The position numbers and the translations under genes were made by a program. A DNA stretch of 64,000 bases, taken from the NCBI RefSeq assembly GCF_028641065.1, contig NC_073391.1:39184001-39248000 (forward strand). The letters run 5' to 3'. Below the pieces are notes generated by a model. That model made no database searches. It was not told the origin of the DNA and saw only the letters and a list, made by a program, of their open reading frames with translations. Source of the stretch: Leucoraja erinacea (taxonomy: Eukaryota). Positions 40,726 through 53,614 of this stretch are shown piece after piece (positions within the stretch are counted from its first letter, which is position 1; every line of letters begins with the position of its first letter).

Positions 40726-41216
40726 CTTAATTTAGTTTAGAGATAGAGCACGGAAACAGGCCCTTCAGCCCACCGAGCCTGCATCGACCAGCGATCCCAG
40801 AAAAAAAGCCAATTACAACACAAGAGTGAAGGAGGGGAAATGTAGGTGTCTTCACCATCCCCCTCCCTCCCCTTTGCCTGCTGAATGTTGACTCACTACT
40901 CAACAGACTGATTCAATTGGGGTTAAAAAAATTAAACTGAATACCATGCATTAACATACACCAAGCCAATACAAAACCCTACTGAATTTATACCTGTAAG
41001 CGTCTTTGGGAGTGTGATTGAGGAAATTTGTGCCAAAACGTAGGTTTTTGGTGATTACATGCCACTGAAAGATCTTGGAGAAATCAGACAACGCAGTCAC
41101 GTGGAGAATCTTTAAAACTCCATACAGACAACGACCTTAGTCAGGACCGAACTCGGGTCACCAGCGCTGCAAGCGCTGTAAGGCAGCAACTCTACCGCTG
41201 CGTCACCGTGCAGCCC
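40726..41216 (-). mobile_element. V-SINE (HE1-like) with a mosaic interior
   Basis: SINE tail at 40726-40798 and head at 41100-41216; the middle is interleaved with a copy of 40070-40490. Confidence 0.7.
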
Positions 41217-41287
41217 TATTCCACCCTAGTATTCTACTCACTCATCAAAAATCCTACAAGCTGCCACTTATCTTGAGTCCTGACTAA

Positions 41288-41875
41288 TCTATCTATCTAT
41301 CTATCTATCACAAAAACTATCATCTTGTTTGTTTCTACGTATGTCTGTCTGTCCATCTGCTCCCGGAACTACGCCAAAATGGTACACGATAGCGCTACAA
41401 TTTTTGGACCACCTTACGCACCATTGTCCTGTGGTGTACTTTATCAAGTTTCGTTCAGATTGATGTAATATTTTACAAGTTATTCACATTTTAAACTTAA
41501 GAAATATAACTTTTCACTTAAAATAAAATCCAATTCCATTGCTCTGCCCGTTACAATGTTACAAATGAAAGGACACAGAGTCCTGTCATTTGTAACATTG
41601 TAACATGAAGGAGCAGGGCATGGGAATTGGATTTTTTAAAGTGAAAAGTTAATGAATTATTTTTTAAGTTTAAAAAGAGGGAGGGTGTAAAGGAGGGGGA
41701 GGGAGTGCTGGGGGATGAGGGGAGCCACGCCTACGCAGTTGGGGGCTATGGGCAAGTGGTGGAATATTGTATTGGAGAACGGGTGAGTGGTGGAATATTG
41801 CATTGGGGGAACGGGTTGCATTGGGGGACCAGCCCTCCCGTGTGTCAGGGACCCAATGGGTCCCACTTGGTCTAG
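41288..41875 (+). mobile_element. Non-autonomous Helitron
   Basis: A|TC 5' end with (TCTA)n, 3' hairpin GGGACCC-AAT-GGGTCCC, then CTAG|T. No TSD. Second copy at 22960-23485. Confidence 0.78.
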
Positions 41876-43429
41876 TTATTTTTAAAATATACCTCAGATG
41901 CAGATTTTGCCACCTTTTGTATATTTCCAAGCATATGCAACTCAATCTTATTTTACATGCCTTTTCTCAAATTTAAATATCAAATTCAGCCATTTATGAT
42001 TATTATTCACAGGATGTCTCGAGTACACGATCTTTAACCAATCTTATTTTAATACTACCAAAAAAAGAGAAAGGTTTTAGCTTGGGATGTCAATTAATCA
42101 ACTAGAGTGCTCAAACAACAAAGGGATATTAATGTATATTTTTAAATTCTTTAATTGCACCTCTTGACATACATACACAGAATCGCACATTTAGAAAAAT
42201 CCCACTCGCATCTTACATCCTGAATGCACCCACTTACTGTGAATTCTCACTACATTCCTTTCTACCTTTGGATTCTAAACAGCGTTTAAAAACCAAGTTA
42301 GAAAATTGCCCTCATGAAAATAAATTGGATTTTCTACCATTATGTAACCCCAATAATACGGTGCCTCAGCTGCCTAGTGTCAGACAAGAGAATCCATTGT
42401 TGAAATATGCCTGACAAAGAAAGATTACATAAAATCAGTATCATATTTTACTATCACATTAAATAGATTTGCTGTATCTTGGTAACTGGTTTTGAAGAGA
42501 GTTGAAGAGAGATAAAGAGAGAAATCGAGAGTGAAAGGTGTTTACAGAGACACGCAAACTAGAGGGACAGATACAAACAGAGAAGAGAAAGAGAGACAGA
42601 CACAGACAATTGAGGGATCCAAAGAGCAAGAGGGGATGAGATTGATAAGATAAAAGGTGCTGGCGGTTACGTTAACTGCAATACAGATCATGATTTACTC
42701 AAACAAAAAAAATCATTTAAATCATTCAGCAGCCATATTTTTTATATTCTCTTGCAGGTTCTTAAATGCTCTATTGAAATTGAAAATACCCTTAAGTTTC
42801 CCTTGTCAGTTGAGCTATTTTATGCCTCAGTCTCCATTAAAAAACAAATCTCATTATAATAAGGAGCTGCTACATGTCTATCTGATTCCTACATTTAATT
42901 ATTTTTCGTGCCTTGACAATAGTTATTTCGCCCTACATCTTGCATTCCTTGCTGCTCCTCAGTCCTATTTAGTACTTTAGTCACTTGTAACACTTGCTGA
43001 TGCTCTTTCTTTCTACTGCAATGATGTTACCAATATTACCATTACCATTATTGCCTATTTCCTTCGCTCCATAGATGCTGCTGCACCCGCTGAGTTTCTC
43101 CAGCTTTTTTGTGTAACTTACCATTATTCTTGTTTGCCTGATCTTGGTTAACAATTCATAGCTTAGAATATTTAGCCCAGCTTGGTCAGGTCTCTGAAGC
43201 ACTGAGTACATCATATTCTTGAAGATTAATTGAAACTTCCAACCAAAAAAGTTTTAAGTTTACGTATTATATTTTGAATTTCATATATTTGTGTACCTAG
43301 TAGTTATTGTGCTTACACCCTAATCGTGAAGTTCATACAGTTTTTGATCCAATATGCATTTTGTAAATCATCGATCTCACACATACACTCTGGATATGCA
43401 GACATTACACCAATTTCTCAATTTCACAA

Positions 43430-43780
43430 GAATTAAGCCATTCGGCCCATTGAATCGCCTCCGCTATTCAATCATGGCTGATGATTCAATCATGGCCTCC
43501 TAATTCCATTTTCCTGCCATCAATCCATAACCCTCGACACCCATTCTAATCAAGAATTTGTCTATCTCTGCCTTAAAAATATCCACTGACTTGGCCTTCA
43601 CAGCACTCTGTGGCAGATTAACTACCCTCTGACTATAGAAGTTTCTCCTCACCTCCTTTCTAAAAGAGCACCTTTTAATTCTGAGGCTATGACCTATGGT
43701 CCTAGACTCTCCCACCAGTGGAAACATACTTTCCAAATCCACTCTATCTATGCCTTTCATTATTCTTTAAGTTTATGTAA
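43430..43780 (-). mobile_element. CR1 LINE 3' fragment
   Basis: ORF 43500..43760(-) MKGIDRVD..MFPLVGESRT.GHSL. Confidence 0.85.
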
Positions 43781-45254
43781 GGGATGTGTTTCTGGAAAAC
43801 ATATTACAAAGGTATTACTGGTGTTCAGATGCTGGTGGCAAATCTGGACATGGGGTCTGCATTTTTCATGAAACTTTCAAACTAGCCAAGGGTGGCCTTG
43901 AATGTACTAGTGCCCTTAAAAAAAACCCACATCATGCTCCACTATTTGTTTCTAATCTTGCCTTAATCATCACACTATTTTGCATGTCATCAAATTCATG
44001 GGCACATTATCATTGATTCTGATCTTCTAACTGCATTCATAGTCTTTTCATATGTTTTACATTGTAACATTCCTGCCCTTTGCAATGTGTAATAAGCTTC
44101 CAGGTTAATTAAGTTCTATTTTCACAGCATCGTCAAGGATTTTTTGTATAGTTGATGCTAAACGATTTAATGAATGGCTAATATATATTCATGTTTTTCA
44201 CATCCATTTGCTACATTCAGCATATTAATGGCAGGCACATGACTTGCAAATGGTGCTCTAGAAAAAAAGGACAGAGTGTTAGAGTAACAGTGGGTCAGGC
44301 AGCATTTCTACTGATACTGCTCGACTCGTTGAGTTACTCCAGCACTGTCTATTTATAATAGTTATAATATAGTTATTGTTTGCTGTGATTTCTTAACAAA
44401 ACCGTATTCTTTAGAACTGTTGGGGTATTTTGAATCCATTTTGAACAATGCACTAAATAAATTGCAATAATATCACTAAAACAAGCAGAGCACTAATATC
44501 TTTATGAAAGCACAATGGCATGGGATGATGTGTGAAGCACATTATGGCCAGACAGTGACACACTATTTACTATGGCAAAAAATAGCTTTGCATACTTAAG
44601 ACACGTGCCCCAAGGTGTCAATGTCATTATTGGAAACATGTAAATTGTAGTCATGTTTTATTTCAGACATTTTAGATATACTGGTATTTTTATGATCTAG
44701 AATTATGTAATATTTTGCTCCTTTTCCACTTTGGCCTTTTATCTCATTCTTACACAAGATATTAAAACAGATCATGCATTTAACTAAACTGCACGGGTTA
44801 TGTTTCTTATGTCTCCCAATTATCTGAGCCTTTAAGGATATATTTCTAGTCTTCTTTCTCTTATTTGCAACATGCACATCTTGACAAATCAAATTCATAG
44901 CAATTTAAGACACTTCCAACATATGTTGCCATTTTTGACACCAAATTTAGATTACATTAATATAACCACTTCCATTACTAAATTATCAGGTGGACTTAAT
45001 ATTCTGTCTATTAATTATCTTAATTAAGTATAGTTAGCATATTAGGTTAACTCCCTGCTTGATTGATTATATGAAATATTGAAATGCACACTAATTCACA
45101 AAATATTAAATATTTTTTATTTGAACCCTATCACTCCTATCACTGAACTCACTAAGTAGACAAATGTGCTGGAGAAACCCAGCGGGTGAGGCAGCATCAA
45201 TGAACTCACTTATCTGAGTTTGAATTATGTCAAATCCCCTCTTAAATCTTCTTC

Positions 45255-47160
45255 AAGACTCTACTTCAAAACCATGCTTTGCATTTGATAATTGATTAAT
45301 AATGCTTCATATGTGTCCTGAAACATGTTAACGTTCTTATCTACACTTGGATGTCTTGGTAGTAAAGACCAACAGCTTTGGCGAATATCAATAGAGAAGC
45401 CTTGGTGTGTAACTGCAATGCAGTTTGTAAGACAGGATCCAATGCCAACATGGTCTATTAATAGTGGAAGGAATGCCAATCAAGGAATTTCCTGACATGC
45501 CTTGAAGATGGTAGAAAAGTTTTGGAATGTCAAAAATAAATCACATGTTGGAGGATACTCAATATCACACATGCTTATATTATTTATATGGGTAGTCAAG
45601 TTTATTTTTTGTTTGCCAAAAATATTGACCCAAGGCTGTTGACAGTAGAGGACTCAGCAACAACAATATCAACAAATGTCAAGTACTGGTATTTAGATTC
45701 CCTTCATGGAGATGCTCCTTGCTTGGCATTCAAGTCACAAAGTAATATGAATAGAATTGAATATTGCATAATCATTGATGGACCAGAAAAACTCCTAGTG
45801 ATGTCCTGGGCCTGGAATGATTGACCTCCAATATCTACTATTTATTTTGTCCTGACAATTTTTTTCACCTTGATACCCACTGACTTCAGGTCCTTTAATA
45901 CTATTCCCAATCAAATGCTACCCTGATGTCAAGGACAGTAAAACTCACTTCATATCTAGAATTCATATTTTATCAATTCTAATGATCTACAAAGCTAACT
46001 GATCCTAGTCAAATCGAAACTGAAAATTGGTGAGTAGATTTTTTTTCAGTGGATGCTGCATGATTCAAATGTCAATGACACATTCTGCCAATTTACTGAT
46101 AATGGAGAATCAAATGGATTGCATGGTATTTGCTTGGATAGATATTTCTCGGCAACTTTCCACATTGTCAGACAGATGCCAGAGTTAAAAATGTACAGGA
46201 ACAGTTTAATGAGAAGAATAAGTCATTCTGCAGTACTATAGTTGGGGCATTGTCTTGTTGCAAAAGGCCTTTATTTTAATTCTTATAATGCTTCCTTGAT
46301 ATCATATGAAGTGAATCAAATTCTCTTAAAATGGTCTGCAATGATGGTGGCAATTTCAGTAAGAACCCAGTACAGCCCACCCACTTGGCACTTGTCACTG
46401 AATGTTTCTGCCGCTTCTTTAGTACTTATTTAGTGACCCTCACCATCATTGAGATGGGAATGTTCTTTGTAGAAACATTATTTCCACAATTAGATGGAAT
46501 GGGACTGTAACATTTTGAATCATTCATCTTGGACCACTTAGTTCTATCTATTGCTTGCTATTTTATTATTCAGACATATGAATTTCTATGTTGCAACAGT
46601 GCCAGGATGGGACATTAACTTTAAATACATCTAAAGTTTGCACCTAACTTGCCTTTCTTCATTCCAGGGTCTAGTCCTTGAATTAATAGTATAGATTAAG
46701 GAAAATTCCATTCCATTAGATTATAAATTGAGGCGACGTTCAATTTAAATGGTCCTGATGATTCTCAGTGCCTCATGGATATCCACTTCTGATCCAACAA
46801 ATGTCAAGTACTGGTGGTTAGATTCCTTTCATGGAGATGCTCCTTGCTTGGCATTCAAGTCACAAAGTAGCAGGTATTAAATCGTAATGGAATGGAATGT
46901 GTCGTCCGGATAAAGACAGGGCTTTGTCTCCACAAGAGCTATGCAGAAGCCAGCCATATTAATGCTGTCATGGACATGTGCATTTACAGCAGCAGATGGT
47001 TGAGGATGAGGTCAAGATGTTCATCCCTCATTGGTTCCTTCAATACCTCCTCTAGACCTGGCCCCACAGCTATCTGGTCACTAGCAATGCAACTGTGGCA
47101 GCCTTGATGATAGACACATTAGTCTCTCAACCATGATACATATTGTATTCATCCTTATCC
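45255..47160 (-). mobile_element. Highly decayed L2-like LINE remains
   Basis: Scattered similarity (GCCTTGATGCCACAC-like, CCTTGATGTCAAGG, GGTTGAGGATGAGGTCAAG). No intact motifs. Confidence 0.4.
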
Positions 47161-49048
47161 TATTGTATCCCAGCTGAGAGATTGAAGTGGGAGGCATTAA
47201 AGAGATTGTTCCCTACCTCACGAGTAATATAACCAGGAAACAGGTCCTTGAGCCTAACTTGTCCGTGCCAACCAAATGCCCCATCTAATCCAGTCCCATT
47301 TGCCTGTATTTGGCTCGATTCTCTCCACACCTCTCACATCCATGTATCTGATAAAATGACATGCAATTTCTGTCGGCTTTGAAAGCGAGTAGTCATACTA
47401 ATATACACCTTAAAATAAATCTCCTGAACTAGATGTAATAAACACAGAATTTGTAACTCACTATTCTTGTGCAATTTATGCCTAATCCACAATGACAAAA
47501 ATCTTCTAATTTTGCAGATCTGCTCTCACCTGCAGACTACAACCTGAAAAATCTAAGGACTAATCAGTTACAATAAACTAAACTACGTTGTGAAATAATT
47601 GCCACTCGGGTTTCATGACATAGGCAGAAAACAAGACTACATTGCAGGTTCAAGATTAAACATCCAAGATCAACCCATAGGGCCTGTAACCAAATATGAT
47701 CAGCTAGTTCATATCGTAAATATGATCAGCTAGTTCATATCAGCTAGTTCATATTTTAAATTACATTATTTTACTGTTAAATGAGGGTGGGGTGAGATAG
47801 ATGAAGTAATAAAAGTACTTGTCCCAAAGCTATTTTGTATGAACAATAAAAATAGGTGAGGTATGGTTATCAAGCATATAAAGAAGCAGGAAAACTGCAA
47901 TTGCCACATGATAAGTTTTAAAGCAAGATCAACCATCAAGACTATTCCTTTCAATAGTTACTTTTGAAATAATTTTGTCTTTATTATCTTATCAAGTAGA
48001 ACATTTAGTCATTATAAACTTCCACGTGCGCATTTCATGCCTGTTGCCATCAAACATCTCAATACATGACCTATAAACCAGCTCAGCACATTATAAATTA
48101 AACTTGCTTCTGGATTCTGATTTATGTTAGCAGGCCAGGCTCCCTTATTGGGATAATGCACTTACTGCAGAAATGCAAGGAGCCAACCACATTTTTATAC
48201 CACTTTTGAATGCAACCATTTACATGAAAACATGAAAAAAGGAGTAGACACAAACCACTCATGCTTTCAAGGTGTTCTGATTGCAACCAACTCCCGCATT
48301 CCAATTGACCGGTAGTAACCTTTCAATTATTTTCCTTATCTAAAATCTATCTCCCTTTTCCTTCAATTATTCAAAGCTTCTGCTTCAAGCACATTTTGAT
48401 GAAGAGTCTCAATTGTAAGAGAGAAAAAAAACTTCCCTTATCTCAATCTTGAATGGACGATCTTGAATAGACAATATTGAATAACACTTTAAGGCAGAGA
48501 TAGATAGATTCTTGATTAGTACGGGAGTCAGGGGTTATGGGGAGAAGGCAGGAGAATGGGGTTAGGGGGGGGGGGGGGGGGAGAGATATTCCACCATCAT
48601 TCAATCTTCTCATCTAGACCATTCCAAGTGTCAGTCTGGTAAACCTTCTCTGAAATGAAATGCTGCTAATGCATTTATATCCTTCTTAAGGAAACAAATA
48701 CTGTACACAGTATTCCACATGCTTATTCACCAAAGCACTATAAAACTTCAACATTTATATGCATTTCCACTGATAATAAATGATACAATTCTGTTAGCTT
48801 TCCCAATTACTACATTACATCTTTTGCAACATGCTTGGGCTTCTTCAGAAATTATTTTATTTCCCATGTTTCTGTCATTAACAAATTTACCAACTATATT
48901 TACAGGTTTTTTAAATATATAAACTGATAAATTGAGGTCTCAAGGTTGATTCCCGTGGCACAACTTTCATTGTACATTGCTTACAAGAAAGAAAACTTCT
49001 TTATGCCTGCTCTTTGCGTGTTGCTGGCCATCCAATTTTCTATCCATC

Positions 49049-49553
49049 TGTGATGTATATGTAATATAAATGCCAGTGCCCCTTGAGGCCAAAAGCAGAA
49101 GCTGGCAAATGTGCCTGTGCCTCATGACTGAGGTCAGGTGATGTTCTAGACATTTCCTGGTGCATTCAAGATGTTGGACGTGCAGTTATTGTGCTAGTCA
49201 CAACAGGGTCTAACAGAAGACATTACATGGTGTCAGAAGTGTACCCAGAAATAGCGCAGTTGACAGGCATGACGTCACATTCGGTGATACGTGAGATGAC
49301 GGGCATGTTTGCTCGGAATGGCATTCCTGAATTGGTGATGACAGACAACGCGAGATAATTTGACTGTGCCGAGTTTCGTAGGTTCCAGGATGACTGGGAA
49401 TTTTCCCATGTCACCTCAAGTCCCATTTATCCACAGAGCAACGGGCAGATAGAGCGCTGTGTGCAAACTATAAAAAGTATTATGAGGAAAAGCCAAATGC
49501 AGCGGCCGTGACCCTATGTACGCCATCCTTGAATACCGCAACACCCCCTCTAA
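49049..49553 (+). mobile_element. Gypsy LTR retrotransposon remnant: 179-bp LTR + PBS + integrase core fragment
   Basis: TGTGATGT...ACATTACA, then TGGTGTCAGAAGTG. From 49242: YPEIAQL...MFARNGIPELVMTDNAR*FDCAEF..F..DWEFSHVTSSPIYPQSNGQIERCVQTIK...LEYRNTP. Confidence 0.8.
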
Positions 49554-49953
49554 ATTATAGCAATTTTTAGTGAGCAATGGATATAGTATGTCTGCACATA
49601 CAAAAAGATTTTTGATATGGAATTGTTATATATTTAGAATTCACAAGATAATATGAATAAAAGTTGCAAGCTTGCATATGATAGTTAGTTTGGTGTGAAA
49701 GTAAGGCATGGGCAGGAAGCAAGCAAATTGCAGTGGATTGCAGGCAGATTAATTGAATGAGCAAGAAAATGGTGAATGGTGTACAATGTGAGGCTATCCA
49801 CTTTGGCATGAATACACACAAATGGTTTTAGATGCAAATGTAGAATGCATGATCAGTATGTATGACAGTAGACTAAGACTGCTGAGTTGTTGACTTGGAA
49901 GATAATCTAAGGCTACAGCGTAATATCGATGCCATGGTGAAAGGTTCAGAAAT

Positions 49954-50262
49954 GGACAGCACGGTGGCACAGCGGTAGAAATGCTGCCTTACAGCGGAAT
50001 AGACCCAGGTTCAATCCTGCCTACAGGTGCTGTCTGTACAGAGTTTGTAGGTTCTCCCAGTGACCGCGTGGGTTTTTTCTCCGGGTGCTCCAGTTTCCTC
50101 CCACACTCCAAAGACGTACGGGTTTGTAGATTAATTTGGCTTCTGTTAAAAAAAATAAAAAATTGTTAATTGTCCCTAGTGTGTAGATAGTGCTAGCGTA
50201 CAGGGTTGGTGTGGGCTTGGTGAGCCAAAGGGCCTGTTTCTGTGTTGTATCACTAAACTAAA
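49954..50262 (+). mobile_element. V-SINE (HE1-like), full length
   Basis: A box TGGCACAGCGG, B box GGTTCAATCC, V-domain and CTAAA tail; inserted in old CR1. Confidence 0.88.
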
Positions 50263-50648
50263 ATGGTCGATGGAGATTAGTCCTAGTAAAGAGGCAAGAA
50301 CATACACCATGAATGGTAAAATTCAATGGTGTATTGAAGAACAGAGTGTGCAATGGTGTGCAATTCTAAAGATTTTTAAAGATGACAGAGCATGGAGGCA
50401 ACGTGGTTAAGAAGGTATATAGGATACTGGCCTTCAGGGCACTGAATATGAGAGCAGGGAGGTTATGCTCCAATTTTATAAATGTTGACCTCAGCTGAAG
50501 TACTTGCTTTCTGCTCAACACAAGGATGTGATAGTGCTTGAGAGGATGCAGATGAGATTTACTAGCATGTTGCTGAGGAAAAAGCATTTTAGTTATTAGG
50601 AGAGACTGGGAGGGCTGGGTTCGTTTTTCCTTGAGTGGATGAGAATAA

Positions 50649-50854
50649 AGGGCCTGTCCCACTCTCACGACCTAATTCACAACCTTTTTTACTCGCGGAC
50701 ATTTTTCATCAGGCTAGAAAAACGCCCCGACCAACTTGATGCCACGAGTACCTACGACTAGCATCACGACCTACCTACGACCATGCTGCAAGTATGAGTC
50801 AAGGGCAAACTCGGCAGAGGTCGTGAATTAGGTTGTGAAAGTGAGACGGGCCCT
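50649..50854. mobile_element. PIF/Harbinger MITE
   Basis: TAA|AGGGCCTGTCCCACT...ACGACCTAATTCAC / GTGAATTAGGTTGT...AGTGAGACGGGCCCT|TAA; 3-bp TAA TSD. Confidence 0.85.
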
Positions 50855-52157
50855 TAAGAGGGGACATGTACTGATTGAGGCATATACAATTATGAGAGGT
50901 GTAGATAGGGTCGATTGCAGGAATCTTTTTCCCTTATCGGAGTTGAATAAAATTAGAGATTACCGATACAAGGCAAAGGGCAAGAGATTCATATGGATCT
51001 GAGGGGAATCTTTGTCACTCCAGAGAGTGATGAATATCTGGAACACATGATACAATGCCAAAGAGAATGATGGAAACAGCATCGCTTACAGCACTTAAGA
51101 AGTGATGAGATGAGCACTTGAATCGCAGTTATTTTTTGAATGTTACAGGTCAAATTCTGGAAGGTGTGATTAATTCTGCACATTGATGTTGTGAGCCAAA
51201 TATCCTCTTTCCATGCTGGATAACTCCAATGATTTACTTACCTGTGTTCAATGCTGTATACATGCACTAGATTGGTTCCCAGGATATGTAGGTTCAATGA
51301 AATGAGAGCATGTGAGATTAGCCTATGCTTAAAGTTAGAAGAATGAGGTGATCTTAGTGAAAGATATGGGCTTCCAATGACAAAATTACAAGATAACACC
51401 AAGAGGTTAATTCCTAATTTTGAGTAGAGGTACATGCGAGCCAAGTTTCAAGTTAAGGAGTTGGCCCTTTACGGATTAGATTAGAAAGAAACCAGTCCTT
51501 TGTAACAAAAACAAATATTTTCACACTTTGTGATTGATAATATTCAAAACTGAGACCAATAGTTCCCTGGATACCAAGGGGTTAAGTGAATATCAGGGTC
51601 AGATAGCAAGGTACACGTCACAAGACCAGTAAAGAGTTGCAGAGCCTTTAGCTGCTTCTAGTTATGTTAATTTTTTAATCACTTGACATCCATTGAAGAA
51701 TGACAGTCGACTGTGAAAAATATTCATGTTTCTAATTATAAAGTAAAGCTGAAGATTCTGGAAATATTCCGTGTCGACTGGAAACAGTGTAATAATTTCA
51801 GTTGTTTCAGACAATATCACTCCAGAGATGCTGCCTGTATTGATCAGTATTTCCAGCCGTTTATGTTTATTGAGATTTTTTTTTAGCATCCACAGAATTT
51901 TGCTTATCTGTGAGTACTTTGGAATGATTTTGATTGCACAAGTTCCAACATTGAAACAATGTGATAATTGAAGAATATCGTGTAGCAGTACCATTTTATG
52001 TACAATTATACGCTAAAGATTTATCAATATGAATTTCATTTCAACTGTGTGCTGTTCAAATCTTATATTTTCAACTTTGAAATTAAAGCATTGGCATCTA
52101 AACAGTTCAGGCTTTTCAAATATGATATAAATCAATATTAAATGAAATCCTACTCAC

Positions 52158-52182
52158 CGCAATTTGTTTCAGACTGAACCAT
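52158..52182 (-). CDS. PHYHIPL: Candidate alternative first coding exon of PHYHIPL (MVQSETNC-G), 25 nt coding
   Basis: ATG GTT CAG TCT GAA ACA AAT TGC G|GTGAGTAG: strong donor, same phase 1 as exon 1, in repeat-free sequence about 1.3 kb into intron 1. Confidence 0.55.
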
Positions 52183-53108
52183 GTAATAAGCTTCTCATAA
52201 ATCTTAAAAAGTACAGACTTTGAAACCTTGGTTGGCTGACAAAGTACTTCAATATCTATTTTCTGAAGTTCAGAGAAAGATAACACAAGGTGCAAATTGC
52301 ACTAAATAGAGTCCAAAGGGTTTCTCTTTCTGGACCTACAGGTAACAAATCGTCATTAAGCAATGATAGAGTCTATTGGCACAGTTGGAAGCCTTTAGTT
52401 TTCATAAAGATGTTCCCTATTATTTTCTTTCATTTTGCGGAAAATGTATCCATATATATTCTGTTGCTTCCTTTCTTTTATATTAATGTTCTTTTAAAGT
52501 TATATTCTTTATTTTCTAATTTAGGAAAATAAACAGTCAAGTACTCTCCTCGGATATAAAATATTAATAGTCATACATTTAATATAACCATTTACATTGT
52601 TAGTACAACTGTTCTGTTTTACATTATTGCATTCAGAAAAGAACAAAAATGTTATTTAAATATATTCTATTACCTGAGCAGGTCTAGCCAGTTAGAATTT
52701 AACTATTAATGGAATTAAATTGATTCAACAACAATCTTCTACACCTGGTTTGAACCTTTTGAAATATTACTTGTTGAAATCAAGTTATGTTTCAGCTTGA
52801 CTATTAAAGTAATGCTTCACATTTGCTTTGGCTATTCTGTTTAAGACAATAATTAAAGGGAACTTCAGCATCGGTCATTGCATCCATGTGGCTAAAACGA
52901 TCGCCTGCTAACAACTAAACATTAATCTTAGCAATCCGTTTATGTATAGATTCGTGTTTTATTCAAGAAAGCAAAGCAATTTGATTAATACAAAAGGCAA
53001 GTCAACTTGAATGCCCTGACTGAATCAACCATTGTGTCCCACAGCCGACAAGTACAGTGCATCTATTTTGTTTGACCATTCCCTGCAGTGGACAGAGCGA
53101 CCCTGCCC

Positions 53109-53129
53109 CATCTTGTCCATGGTGCTGAA
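53109..53129 (-). promoter_or_regulatory. RE1/NRSE (REST-binding)-like element
   Basis: Minus strand TTCAGCACCATGGACAAGATG versus consensus TTCAGCACCACGGACAGCGCC. The first 16 nt fit; the 3' tail diverges. Confidence 0.55.
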
Positions 53130-53508
53130 AACAATTAAAAATACACCGAATTTTCTTTGCGTTTTGCGAACTGTTTCACCTATCTGACGACCCGTTGCAC
53201 ACTTTCGATTTAAAATACGAGATAATGAAGACTGGAGCACCCTGCATAATTAAATTGATCAGATAGGCAATGTGCAAAGCTGACAGGCAAACGAAATACA
53301 TGCAAGAACCGAACACGCCTCGGATTCACTGTACGGAATTAAAAGCGAGCTGCCATGCTGCAATGGAAATTGGGCTGAAACCGAGCAATTGGCACATCCA
53401 CCGGTGAATTTAAATCCCATCTACTTGACAATGAACGCTCACAGGAACGAGCAAACAGGGTAGTTTTCCACAGATTGGCTTGAATTTTCCCTTCAGAATC
53501 AACCTTAC

Positions 53509-53614
53509 CTTCTCTGTCACACAGTTGTATAGCCTCCAAATTACTGATATTTTTCAACATGTCATCACAGGGGCTGGTCGGACTGTTAATACTGTGAGCA
53601 AGATGTGCATCCAT
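53509..53614 (-). CDS. PHYHIPL: PHYHIPL coding exon 1 (MDAHLAHSINSPTSPCDDMLKNISNLEAIQLCDRE-G), 106 nt
   Basis: ATG at 53614 in AAAATGG context. The peptide matches the recalled vertebrate PHYHIPL N-terminus (NSPTSPC...LEAIQLCDR.G). Donor GAAG|GTAAGG, phase 1, fits exon 2. Confidence 0.93.

Larger units (their letters stand above)
49690..51230 (+). mobile_element. Old CR1 LINE fragments hosting a SINE and a Harbinger MITE
   Basis: Decayed RT C-terminus and 3' UTR similarity. Confidence 0.6.

Noticed and set aside
47692-47755. Short tandem duplication of AAATATGATCAGCTAGTTCATATC
   Set aside because: Ordinary slippage-type duplication with no functional indication.
49954-50030. tRNA-like A/B boxes
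   Set aside because: This is the head of a V-SINE, not a tRNA gene.
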